From Octopus bimaculoides (taxonomy: Eukaryota): a DNA stretch of 34,165 nucleotides. The stretch is taken from positions 58,937,078 through 58,971,242 of the forward strand of contig NC_068985.1 of assembly GCF_001194135.2 (NCBI RefSeq), written 5' to 3'. Made by a program: the position numbers and the translations under genes. Below, one piece after another: positions 23,076-34,165 of the stretch. The notes under the pieces are model-generated. The model ran no database searches. It worked only from the letters and a program-made list of their open reading frames with translations, and was not told the DNA's origin. The stretch's first letter is position 1. Every line of letters starts with the position of its first letter.

Positions 23076-23372
23076 GCCTTTATAAGTCCAAAGAATCGAC
23101 ACAGAAATGCCCAAGGGGGACATCTCAGAAACTCTTTTTCAACAAATTTAACAGCTTCTCTAAATAGAATTGCTATTCTAATCCCGAGCTCCGAGCGATC
23201 GTCAAATACACGAGATGGTCAGCCTGAACTATATATATATTTGTATTGTTAATTCAGTTAAAGAAATATTTTTATTGCTTTTAATTGAACCTTCTCGGAA
23301 ACAAATCCGTTTTAATAAAATATTGATTTTTGATTACAACTCTCTAATTATGTTTTCTTTTTTACTGAAAAG

Positions 23373-23608
23373 GTGTGTTCCTGTTTTGCTGGTGGCCGTT
23401 CTTCACAATTAATATCATCAATGCTATATGTCTACGAAACGATCTGAAGCATGTGGCGGCTTGTACACTGGATCCTATATTATTTGGAGTTTTCACTTGG
23501 CTCGGCTATATCAACAGCTTCATTAATCCAGTTATTTATACAATATTTAATCCGGATTTCAGGAAATCATTTCGTAAGATTTTAACAGAACCCTGTGCTC
23601 ATCGATAA
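23373..23608 (+). CDS. DRD2: D2-like dopamine receptor, last coding exon: TM6, TM7, helix 8, stop
   Basis: A pyrimidine tract plus aag|GT at 23372/23373 completes the Gly codon in phase with the previous exon. Reads GVFLFCWWPFFTINI...TWLGYINSFINPVIYTIFNPDFRKSFRKILTEPCAHR*. Contains NPxxY and the short C-tail typical of Gi-coupled D2-like receptors. TAA at 23606-23608. Confidence 0.93.
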
Positions 23609-23651
23609 AGAAGAGCGAACAATTTCGAAACTAATACTTATTAATGCCACA

Positions 23652-23673
23652 ATACAACAACAACAACAACAAC

Positions 23674-23731
<58 letters not shown>

Positions 23732-23762
23732 TTAATAATAACTGTAACAGCAACAACAACGA
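23652..23762. repeat. (ACA)n/(AAT)n microsatellite at the start of the receptor 3' UTR
   Basis: Begins about 45 bp after the stop codon. Confidence 0.9.
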
Positions 23763-24589
23763 TAGAAATGATAATGGCTATGATAATTCAAACAAGTTAA
23801 AAATATAATAGTGAAAAGACAATCTCACCTCCACTAAATTGCATTACTTAAATGGTGAAATAATGAGAAATCAAGAAAAAAGTTAAATTTTAAAGAGTCT
23901 TATTTAAGGAAAGAAACCAATTTTAATACGAAAGTGATGAACTGGATTTTGTGAAGGAACAATTTTTGAATGTCTGTTTGAAGGTTATGAAGAAATCAAG
24001 CATTTTCACATATTCATCATTATGGCTTCCCAAAATACAATCATAATGATAATCATAAATATAATCTTTAAAACATTGCATTAGTAATACCAATGATAAT
24101 AATACCAATAATAATAATAATAGATCATTATTAGTAGTGTTAGATTTAGTATTGCTAATAAAACAAACAAAAAACCGCGATGAATAATACGGCATTCCAA
24201 GAAACGTACCGAATACGACGATTGAGACAGAAAAACAAACAAAATATGTTAGCAGAACATCTATATCCACACTGAAGTTGGAAATGACAACTTTGAGGGA
24301 ATATTTAGTGCTATATGTCAGTAAATTGGCTTCGTAACTTCTCAGAACTGTATAAGGAGTGTGGAGTGTTGCCTCAATGGCGTATGTCCAAACTACAATG
24401 GGAACATTATGAAGAAAAATAAAGTATCAGGGCGGAAGTTAATGCTATCACTAAATCCAACGATGTCCTCATTTGATAATCAATTCCCGTTGCCAATATA
24501 TTTCTATATTATTGCTCATTTATTTTTATTACTATTATTATAATTTTCTTATTTGTTTGTTTGTTTATTCATTTTTCGTTTACTCAATA

Positions 24590-24628
<39 letters not shown>

Positions 24629-25400
24629 NNNNNNNNNNNNNNNNNNNNNNNNNNNNNNNNNNNNNNNNNNNNNNNNNNNNNNNNNNNNNNNNNNNNNNNN
24701 NNNNNNNNNNNNNNNNNNNNNNNNNNNNNNNNNNNNNNNNNNNNNNNNNNNNNNNNNNNNNNNNNNNNNNNNNNNNNNNNNNNNNNNNNNNNNNNNNNNN
24801 NNNNNNNNNNNNNNNNNNNNNNNNNNNNNNNNNNNNNNNNNNNNNNNNNNNNNNNNNNNNNNNNNNNNNNNNNNNNNNNNNNNNNNNNNNNNNNNNNNNN
24901 NNNNNNNNNNNNNNNNNNNNNNNNNNNNNNNNNNNNNNNNNNNNNNNNNNNNNNNNNNNNNNNNNNNNNNNNNNNNNNNNNNNNNNNNNNNNNNNNNNNN
25001 NNNNNNNNNNNNNNNNNNNNNNNNNNNNNNNNNNNNNNNNNNNNNNNNNNNNNNNNNNNNNNNNNNNNNNNNNNNNNNNNNNNNNNNNNNNNNNNNNNNN
25101 NNNNNNNNNNNNNNNNNNNNNNNNNNNNNNNNNNNNNNNNNNNNNNNNNNNNNNNNNNNNNNNNNNNNNNNNNNNNNNNNNNNNNNNNNNNNNNNNNNNN
25201 NNNNNNNNNNNNNNNNNNNNNNNNNNNNNNNNNNNNNNNNNNNNNNNNNNNNNNNNNNNNNNNNNNNNNNNNNNNNNNNNNNNNNNNNNNNNNNNNNNNN
25301 NNNNNNNNNNNNNNNNNNNNNNNNNNNNNNNNNNNNNNNNNNNNNNNNNNNNNNNNNNNNNNNNNNNNNNNNNNNNNNNNNNNNNNNNNNNNNNNNNNNN

Positions 25401-25465
<65 letters not shown>

Positions 25466-25790
25466 TATGTATGTACACATATATATATATATGTATATAT
25501 GTACACATATATATACGTATGTATATATATATACACATATATATATATGTATAGATATATACATATATATGTATATATACATATATATGTGTATATATAT
25601 GTAGATATATATAAATATATATTACATTGTATGTACATATATATATATATAAATGTATACATTAATACATGTATGTATACTGTTCCAAAATTTTAACGAC
25701 TTAATTTGAAGACATGGGCTCTATTTGTGATGTGAAATTTGTTTCGATAGAAGAATTATATCGCAGCTTTCGCATCGGAATATTTGTCAC

Positions 25791-25854
<64 letters not shown>

Positions 25855-25876
25855 GCTGTTGTTATTATTATTATTC
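25791..25876. repeat. (TTA)n microsatellite
   Basis: Read directly from the sequence. Confidence 0.95.
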
Positions 25877-26441
25877 TTTATTATTTGTTTCTTGTTTTAA
25901 TTATACGAGTGTAATCGCTGTTATTTCTGTTGTTGCTGTTGTTCTTGTTAACGCTTGAATATATTTTAAAGGTATGGACGAATCGTATCAATCAACAAGT
26001 GTATATGTTAAGACATTAAAAGCGAAAATAATGAAGTCTGTATAATTTGGAGTAGTAAATATGTTCATTAATCGTCTATGTTTAAAATTCAAATGATGAG
26101 AAAGTATATGTACGATCATGCACGTACGCATAAACAGACAAGTTTTTACTTGTGCGTATAAGTGTATATGCGTGCGTGCATGTGTGCTTGTGTGTTTGTG
26201 CAATCAAAGATTTCAGAAAGATTTCATAATTTCATTCTAATTTATATAGTTGTTTCCCCGTTAATCATACAAATATCATGCTTACATTTGCGTATGTAAT
26301 GAAGAAGAAAGTACAATCAATGATTAAGTACTTTTCAATAAAATAATTAATGAGATGATGCTATATGAAGATTTGGAGACACATGTATGTAAGTATCTAC
26401 CTATCACACTATGCGTACACACACGTGCACGCACATATATA

Positions 26442-26517
<76 letters not shown>

Positions 26518-26898
26518 TACATATATATATTTTTNNNNNNNNNNNNNNNNNNNNNNNNNNNNNNNNNNNNNNNNNNNNNNNNNNNNNNNNNNNNNNNNNN
26601 NNNNNNNNNNNNNNNNNNNNNNNNNNNNNNNNNNNNNNNNNNNNNNNNNNNNNNNNNNNNNNNNNNNNNNNNNNNNNNNNNNNNNNNNNNNNNNNNNNNN
26701 NNNNNNNNNNNNNNNNNNNNNNNNNNNNNNNNNNNNNNNNNNNNNNNNNNNNNNNNNNNNNNNNNNNNNNNNNNNNNNNNNNNNNNNNNNNNNNNNNNNN
26801 NNNNNNNNNNNNNNNNNNNNNNNNNNNNNNNNNNNNNNNNNNNNNNNNNNNNNNNNNNNNNNNNNNNNNNNNNNNNNNNNNNNNNNNNNNNNNNNNNN

Positions 26899-26936
<38 letters not shown>

Positions 26937-27305
26937 TATATATATTAAATATAGCAGTTTGGATATGAAATACAAAATATGCATATATGTGTAATTTCAA
27001 ATCGGGAGAATGCAAAAAGTGGGGACTTTCAGACGAGGAATATCTAGGAATAAACATACCGATATTATATTAATAGATAAAACTTACACAGAATACAAAC
27101 AACAGAGAAAATTAAAAGGGAAGAAGGAAAGTGTAATAAGTCACACAGGTGTTTCCGGGGGTTCACAGAACCATCATAATATTGGTAGATGTAGCTCATC
27201 ACAATATGCAGACCTGATGAAAATAATCAACATAAGGCGAGCCTCCGACATCAGTGTAGAAAGGGCCTTACATTTCAGATATGCACACACATTCATGCAC
27301 ACACA

Positions 27306-27351
<46 letters not shown>

Positions 27352-28021
27352 NNNNNNNNNNNNNNNNNNNNNNNNNNNNNNNNNNNNNNNNNNNNNNNNN
27401 NNNNNNNNNNNNNNNNNNNNNNNNNNNNNNNNNNNNNNNNNNNNNNNNNNNNNNNNNNNNNNNNNNNNNNNNNNNNNNNNNNNNNNNNNNNNNNNNNNNN
27501 NNNNNNNNNNNNNNNNNNNNNNNNNNNNNNNNNNNNNNNNNNNNNNNNNNNNNNNNNNNNNNNNNNNNNNNNNNNNNNNNNNNNNNNNNNNNNNNNNNNN
27601 NNNNNNNNNNNNNNNNNNNNNNNNNNNNNNNNNNNNNNNNNNNNNNNNNNNNNNNNNNNNNNNNNNNNNNNNNNNNNNNNNNNNNNNNNNNNNNNNNNNN
27701 NNNNNNNNNNNNNNNNNNNNNNNNNNNNNNNNNNNNNNNNNNNNNNNNNNNNNNNNNNNNNNNNNNNNNNNNNNNNNNNNNNNNNNNNNNNNNNNNNNNN
27801 NNNNNNNNNNNNNNNNNNNNNNNNNNNNNNNNNNNNNNNNNNNNNNNNNNNNNNNNNNNNNNNNNNNNNNNNNNNNNNNNNNNNNNNNNNNNNNNNNNNN
27901 NNNNNNNNNNNNNNNNNNNNNNNNNNNNNNNNNNNNNNNNNNNNNNNNNNNNNNNNNNNNNNNNNNNNNNNNNNNNNNNNNNNNNNNNNNNNNNNNNTAT
28001 ATATATATATATATATATATA

Positions 28022-28200
28022 TGGGAGAATATACAAATAATAACAACAGACGAGGACAGGTGGTGTAAATAACAAAAGGATATATTAGTATGACGCTCGG
28101 GAATACGGAAAGTCTTTGACGTTTCGAGCTACGCTCTTCAGCAGAAAGAATACGGAGACAAGGAGAAAAACACGGAGAAAAAAAATTGAATAGTGTTCAG
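28022..28200 (-). mobile_element. Second copy of the same Penelope-type terminal fragment
   Basis: Similar to 9683-9840; abuts a (TA)n tract; carries a hammerhead-like motif. Confidence 0.55.
28113..28149 (-). ncRNA. Minimal hammerhead motif in a Penelope-type pLTR fragment (one core change)
   Basis: Minus strand TCTTT CTGCTGA A GAGC-GTA-GCTC GAAAC GTC AAAGA. GUC triplet present; core position 6 is C instead of A. Confidence 0.5.
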
Positions 28201-28494
28201 TCAACGGTGAGTGTGTTCGTGTGTATGTGTGGATTTATCTAGAATAACGAAGTAAAGCCAACACAAATATTTTAGATTGTGCAGCAAATGCAACGTTTAA
28301 AATACACACATCATCACCCATATGTGTACATTTTCAATACATTTTCAATACAAAATATATTAATCATGAATGTAACTTGAAACCTCTCTGAAGTCTTTGC
28401 TACATTCTATAAGTTGCTTGAAAATCCGTAATAGTCAAATTGCATATGTGGTGTGTGAGTGTGTGTGTATGTATGTGTGCGTGTGTGTGCATCT

Positions 28495-28720
28495 TATCTT
28501 TTTATTTATTTCAGTCATTAGACTCCGACCAAGCTGGGGCAGCACCCTGAAGAATGTTAGTCAAACTAATCAACAGCAGAACCTATATTTTAAGTCCGGT
28601 ACAATTTATCGGTAACATTTGCTGAACCGCTATATTTCGGGGACGTAAACACATCAACAACCGCAAGTATAAACTCACGCAAACTCATGCATATATGCAC
28701 GTGCACACACACACACACAC
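28495..28720 (-). mobile_element. 3' part of the same OR-like SINE
   Basis: gaaccgcta...ggggacgtaaacac is the reverse complement of gtgtttacgtcccc...tagcggttc at about 1464-1493. Confidence 0.65.
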
Positions 28721-29287
28721 ACCAGCGCTTATCTACATATCTCTATAACTATGTGTGTGTTTGTGTGTGCGTGTGTGTGTGTGTGTGTGTGTGCTTATGT
28801 ATATATATNNNNNNNNNNNNNNNNNNNNNNNNNNNNNNNNNNNNNNNNNNNNNNNNNNNNNNNNNNNNNNNNNNNNNNNNNNNNNNNNNNNNNNNNNNNN
28901 NNNNNNNNNNNNNNNNNNNNNNNNNNNNNNNNNNNNNNNNNNNNNNNNNNNNNNNNNNNNNNNNNNNNNNNNNNNNNNNNNNNNNNNNNNNNNNNNNNNN
29001 NNNNNNNNNNNNNNNNNNNNNNNNNNNNNNNNNNNNNNNNNNNNNNNNNNNNNNNNNNNNNNNNNNNNNNNNNNNNNNNNNNNNNNNNNNNNNNNNNNNN
29101 NNNNNNNNNNNNNNNNNNNNNNNNNNNNNNNNNNNNNNNNNNNNNNNNNNNNNNNNNNNNNNNNNNNNNNNNNNNNNNNNNNNNNNNNNNNNNNNNNNNN
29201 NNNNNNNNNNNNNNATGTATATGTTTGTACATATATACATATGATGTATGAATATATATATACATATATATATACATACATATAAAA

Positions 29288-29797
29288 TGTGAATGTTAGT
29301 TTGTTGTCATAATAAAACCCAGATGCCGGGGCTAAGTCTGCTCTGGTATCTTATAAGTTATTAAGGCAAACGCTATGAAAGAAAACCGGTGAATAAAGGG
29401 AAATTGCTCCGATAGGCTTGGGGAAAGTAATACTTCTTTCATGCACACATACACACACACATATACAGATATATATAGATATATAGACATATATGTGTGC
29501 ACACACACACATATACAGATATATATAGATATATAGACATATATGTGTGCACACACACACACATATATGTATATATATCTATATACATACTCATACACGC
29601 GTGTACATATATATACAAACTCACATATATACATATATATATATCTATGCATACACGCACATATACACGCATATATACCCATGCACGCATCAGCACGCTC
29701 ATATACACATCTCTACACGCAGACACACATACATTCGCGGATATACAAAGCGTGGCCATGCATATGCATACGCGGAAAGACGTATATACAAATAAAA
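29288..29797 (-). repeat. Left arm of a ~0.5-kb inverted repeat (probable Penelope pLTR/3' end)
   Basis: Aligns by eye to the reverse complement of 31299-31859, e.g. ttagtttgttgtcataataaaac, gaataaagggaaatt and cgcggaaagacgtatatacaaataaaa. Holds a decayed hammerhead at 29310-29363. Confidence 0.8.
29451..29550. repeat. Perfect 50-bp tandem duplication inside the left pLTR arm
   Basis: 29451-29500 is identical to 29501-29550. Confidence 0.9.
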
Positions 29798-30239
29798 CCT
29801 TATATGCATCAAACAAAAACCGTAAAACATTCACATTCGCCGCAAAGCTTGTATATAGAAGTGAGTTATATATGTATATACATAAATGCACCCTCCTGTC
29901 TGTCAAATACATATATACCTGCAGATATATAAACGTACATACATATATGTATAAATGATGGAGATAAGTATAACAGGTAGAGTCTTGCACTCGTATATAT
30001 ATCTATATACAATCATTCGTACACATGTATATATGCACGCACATACTCATTAGGTATATATTACACGCGTATAAGTTACACAAATATAAAGGGCGAAAAA
30101 TAATATACAGAAAAATTATATAAATCAATAAAATATATATAGGGAATATATAAGAGATGTTAAGACATATGAAAGGCTTGTACGTGGACATGATATAAAA
30201 AGCAGGTTCTATCTGTGATCTTGGGCAGGGTTCCAAAAA

Positions 30240-31295
30240 CGTAACAAATGTTTTGCCATATCCAGACTTGACCCAAAAATTTCAGTTATTTAAATTTAGA
30301 CACGTAGCGAGGTCTAAAGAACTTTTCCAAATGAGCCATCTTTCCAAATCGCAAGCCGCACTTTCCACTGCCGTTGATATAAGGCTTAGACTTGACCAAG
30401 ATATTCCCGTGAAGCTTATAGCTGACACCTTTTCCTTTTAAGGACCATATATAACTAGATAATTTGGTTGTTTTCCTTCATCCCAGTCTCTGAAGCTTAA
30501 GTTGCAATTGTTGAACCTGGCTTTAAAATTTCCCTCTGTGAGACCCACATATTTCTTTGACAAAACTATGCTCTTAGTGGTTGAAGAATCTACAGTGGTT
30601 TCTTAAATGATGGCCTCGTGCATACAAGCTCAATTTAGCGGCACAAATGTTTAACTCTGCAGGAACAGCCGGCTTCATTTTGTTGTTTTTATGTGTTGCG
30701 TGCAATACTATTTTTAAAGTTAGTAGTAGAACTAAAACTAATTTTAGACTTGTGCCTATTAAAGAGCATTCTATAATTATGTTTGATTGGAAAATGCCTA
30801 TCTATAAGTGATAAGAAATATATACCTATATTAAAGGTCACTTCGTGGCAGTAAGTTGGTATGAAACAGATAATTTTCCTATTTCTATTTTCCTCTTTCT
30901 TTGTTACTGGACTAATAACAGGTGTATAGGTTATTTCCTCTTTAAAACCAGTGTCTTTTAGAGCGTTATTATATATTGGGGCAACACTAGTAAAAATGTT
31001 TATATTGGAGGAGAGGCTAGAAATTCTCTTCCTAATGTTTTTAACTAAATTCTTAAATACTATGGAGGAGACCAGGAACCTATATTAATATAGCTAAGTT
31101 GGGATTTCTATAGGGTTTGTAAATATTCTTATTTAAATCTAAAGTTACATTTAAGAAATTGACAACCGTCAGGTTGGTATCTGTAGTTATGCTAAGACTG
31201 AAAGTTTTCATCAAATGGATAATGTCCGTCGTAAAGCGATCTTGCGCTGGTCCATTGGTGTTAGTGGTTAAAGCTAGAGCATCATATTTGTAAAT
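30240..31295 (-). mobile_element. Decayed, 5'-truncated Penelope-like element: RT C-terminus plus GIY-YIG endonuclease
   Basis: Minus-strand translation with stops and frameshifts gives IYKYDALALTTNTNGPAQDRF...FSLSITTDTNLTVVNFLNVTLDLNKNIYKPYRNPN (RT, decayed YRDD) and CSCRVKHLC...AII*ETTV...KYVGLTEGNFKARFNN...LSSYIWSLK...KSKPYINGSGKCGL (GIY-YIG with PLE Cys motifs). Confidence 0.85.
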
Positions 31296-31298
31296 GTA

Positions 31299-31859
31299 TT
31301 TTTATTTGTATATACGTCTATCCGCGTACTTATGTGCATGGGCGTATAGACTACGTTTATATATCCGCGTATGTATGTGTATGAGTGTATAGAGATGCGT
31401 ATGTTTTTGCGTATGAGTTGTTATATGTATACACAGCTTTCCGCGTATGTATATGCATGTGCGTATAAACTTCGTTTTGTATATCCGCGTATGTATGTAT
31501 GTGTGCATGTAGAGATGTGTATATGAGCGTAGTGATACGTACATGGGTATATATGAGTGCATATGTGCGTGTATGTGTAGACATATATATGTATATATGT
31601 GTGTTTGTATGTATATGTACACGTGTACGTGAGTATATGTTAAGATATATATACATATGTGTGTGTGTATGCGTACGTATATGTGTGTGTATAAGTGTGC
31701 ATATGCGGATTCTATGAACGAAGTATTAATATCCCATGCCTACTGGAGTAATTTCCCTTTATTCAACGTTTTTTTTTGATAGCATTTGTATTAATAACTG
31801 GTGAGATGTTGGCATCCGAAACTCTGAGTTTTATTATGACAACCAACTAATTGTCACAT
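31299..31859 (+). repeat. Right arm of the inverted repeat (inverted pLTR at the 5' junction of the Penelope remnant)
   Basis: Reverse complement of 29288-29797; abuts the truncated RT. Confidence 0.8.
31786..31842 (+). ncRNA. Type I hammerhead motif in the inverted Penelope terminal arm
   Basis: TTGT-AT-TAATAA CTGGTGA GATG-TTGG-CATC C GAAA CTCTGA GTT TTATTA-TG-ACAA. Helix I is 6+4 bp, helix II is 4 bp, helix III is ACTC/GAGT. A6 is replaced by G and there is one extra C. Confidence 0.55.
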
Positions 31860-31971
31860 AGAATATTTATATATAAATTCGTCTATTTTACATAATATAG
31901 AGGTCTCATTCCTTCTTTTGTTGTCATATTATTATTATTATTGATACACATATATATATTCGTATATATAA

Positions 31972-32023
<52 letters not shown>

Positions 32024-32400
32024 NNNNNNNNNNNNNNNNNNNNNNNNNNNNNNNNNNNNNNNNNNNNNNNNNNNNNNNNNNNNNNNNNNNNNNNNNNNNN
32101 NNNNNNNNNNNNNNNNNNNNNNNNNNNNNNNNNNNNNNNNNNNNNNNNNNNNNNNNNNNNNNNNNNNNNNNNNNNNNNNNNNNNNNNNNNNNNNNNNNNN
32201 NNNNNNNNNNNNNNNNNNNNNNNNNNNNNNNNNNNNNNNNNNNNNNNNNNNNNNNNNNNNNNNNNNNNNNNNNNNNNNNNNNNNNNNNNNNNNNNNNNNN
32301 NNNNNNNNNNNNNNNNNNNNNNNNNNNNNNNNNNNNNNNNNNNNNNNNNNNNNNNNNNNNNNNNNNNNNNNNNNNNNNNNNNNNNNNNNNNNNNNNNNNN

Positions 32401-32401
32401 C

Positions 32402-32454
<53 letters not shown>
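32401..32454. repeat. (CAGA)n microsatellite
   Basis: Read directly from the sequence. Confidence 0.95.
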
Positions 32455-32497
32455 GTGTGCGGTGAAGAAATTGTAGTCTACATTATGCAATAATCAA

Positions 32498-33095
32498 TAT
32501 ACCACTCGCATCTCATTTTGACAGATATATTTACCAAAATTACGTAACACGAACTTGAAGCACTAATGATTAATTTTACACAATAAAATTGCCATTGGAT
32601 TCAACCACGGATTCCAAACGACTTCGGAATCTCCGTCAACCCTTCTGGACGGCTTCCTTGTTTAGGTTGATGAATGCTTCCCTAATCCTTGTCTTCAGTT
32701 AACCTTTAGTGTTACAAGTAGTATTGTGGGTCTCTCGCTCAAATGCGCCACACACGTAATAATCCATGGGGTCACATTCTGGGGAGCTAGGTAGCCAGAT
32801 GTTTGGAGTGATGTGCATGCAGACATTGTCTGACAGCCATAACTGGGTTCTCTTGCTTGTGTGACATAATGCAGAGTCCAACACTCTCTCTCTAGACACA
32901 GGGCAGCGCTACCTCATCCAGGTACTTGATGTGGGTTTCCATATTGATTTTGAGGTCAGGTGAGATGATAAAGGGAGGCATAACATCGTCATCACTCCTG
33001 ATCACTCAAAACACCATTATGTTGACAAATTGTTTTATTTTTATCTCTCTCGATATAGGTGTTGCGGACTCAGACGACACACAACACGTTCAAAT
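32498..33095 (-). mobile_element. 3' half of a decayed maT (DD37D) transposon
   Basis: Minus strand NIMVF*VIRSDDDVMPPF...LDSALCHTSKRTQLWLSDN...WLPSSPECDPMDYY (D-37-D) ...RFRSRLESVVESNGNFIV*. Confidence 0.8.
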
Positions 33096-33104
33096 GTCCG
33101 TATT

Positions 33105-33720
33105 CGAATTTCCAGCGAAAATTCCATTGTTGTTTTTCTCACGATGAATTCTTCAAGGGCACCCTTGTGAGCCATTGTGCATTCATCCCAACCAATCAGA
33201 CTACATTGTGCGTGCAATTGTGCGACGTCTTTGAAGTCTTGAAAACAGGCGTTGGTGAAGTTGCTAGATTAAGGGGAAGCCTAAACGTAGAGTGTGCAGT
33301 CCTACCACCTGAGAGCAGAGTAGCAGCTATGCCCCAAGTTTCCACAGCTATTGCGATGCACTTTTGTAGCCTTATTTTTCTAAGAAATTGTCTAGTTACG
33401 AACGTTTTGCCTGTCTCATCAGGAGCGTTAAGGAAGAAAACACATTTACGACCCTGGTCTTGCTGAACCATAATGTCATAGGCTTGATTCTGGTCAGGTA
33501 TCAGGAGTGCTTCATTGATCTGTACATATGCGGATAGTTCAGTAATGTCGAAAGATGTTTCCTGAACACTCTCAGAAAGGTGATCGTTTGAGGTAGGCTT
33601 TGCAGCGGGGCGAAGCCCGTAAGTGTTCATTACGTCACCGCCTAAAGCTAAAGACTTGTTTTCAATCTTAATCAGCGCTAGGTTGTATATTGTATCGGTA
33701 AAATTTCATTTTTATCACAT
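33105..33720 (-). mobile_element. Helitron PIF1-like helicase remnant
   Basis: IYNLALIKIENK...FFLNAPDETGKTF (motif I), GIAATLLSGGRTAHSTFRLPL (motif Ia), then after a frameshift LVGMNAQ in one frame and WDECTMAHKGALEE (motif II) in another. Confidence 0.85.
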
Positions 33721-33946
33721 AATTTACGAAGGTTATTTCCATTGGAAATTGGTTATTCCCATTGGAAGCTTAAAAATAATTACGCCCGCCTTTCAACTGT
33801 ACCCAAATGCTGTTATTCCGCCGTTTACCCGAACACTTTTTCGAAATCAATTTATACTTAAAACCTCCACAGACACATAGGCAATGTGCGTGTGAAGATT
33901 AAGAATAATGGGCCCAGCCATCTTGGCGCAAAACGAGGACATACCG

Positions 33947-33986
<40 letters not shown>

Positions 33987-34132
33987 ACACACACACATAC
34001 ACATACACACACACCATGACACTTTCAGTTTTAATATGTAAGATTATATATAATATATATTTATATATATATAATATATATATAATATTTATAATATATA
34101 TATATAGATATATTATATATATATATATATTA

Positions 34133-34165
<33 letters not shown>
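33947..34165. repeat. (CA)n then (TA)-rich low-complexity tract
   Basis: Read directly from the sequence. Confidence 0.9.

Larger units (their letters stand above)
16903..23372 (+). other. 6470-bp phase-1 intron of the D2-like receptor gene
   Basis: GT...AG boundaries join TTA G|GT GTG (Leu-Gly-Val) in frame. Confidence 0.88.

Noticed and set aside
1520-32493. Many long ORFs in the track that span N runs or (TA)n/(CA)n/(AAT)n/(GAT)n tracts
   Set aside because: They are open only because N codons and simple repeats contain no stops; they are artefacts.
33400-33425. CTGATGA...AAAACGTT hammerhead look-alike on the minus strand
   Set aside because: It lacks G12 and helix I, and coincides with Helitron P-loop codons (APDETGKT).

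Overview
AT-rich, microsatellite- and gap-riddled animal genomic DNA. The SINE, Penelope and maT content points to an octopod cephalopod (inference). One host gene is visible: the last two coding exons (+ strand, 15860-16902 and 23373-23608) of a D2-like dopamine receptor (DRD2/Dop2R-type class A GPCR), running from the DRF motif to the stop codon. The TM1-TM3 exons were not found, so they lie upstream of the window or inside N gaps. The rest is intron or flank filled with at least four tRNA-derived SINE families, an (AAT)n-associated repeat, and decayed Penelope-like (RT + GIY-YIG), maT/DD37D mariner, Helitron, R4/Dong-like and probable Tx1-like elements. The most notable non-coding signal is a set of type-I hammerhead-ribozyme motifs of the Penelope pLTR kind. 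One has a fully intact catalytic core (2689-2762, minus strand). One is joined to a tRNA-like Pol III head as a chimeric SINE-like unit (14063-14412). Others sit in the inverted terminal arms of a Penelope remnant (29288-31859). All folds were derived by eye and not computed. Most listed ORFs are artefacts of N gaps or microsatellites.
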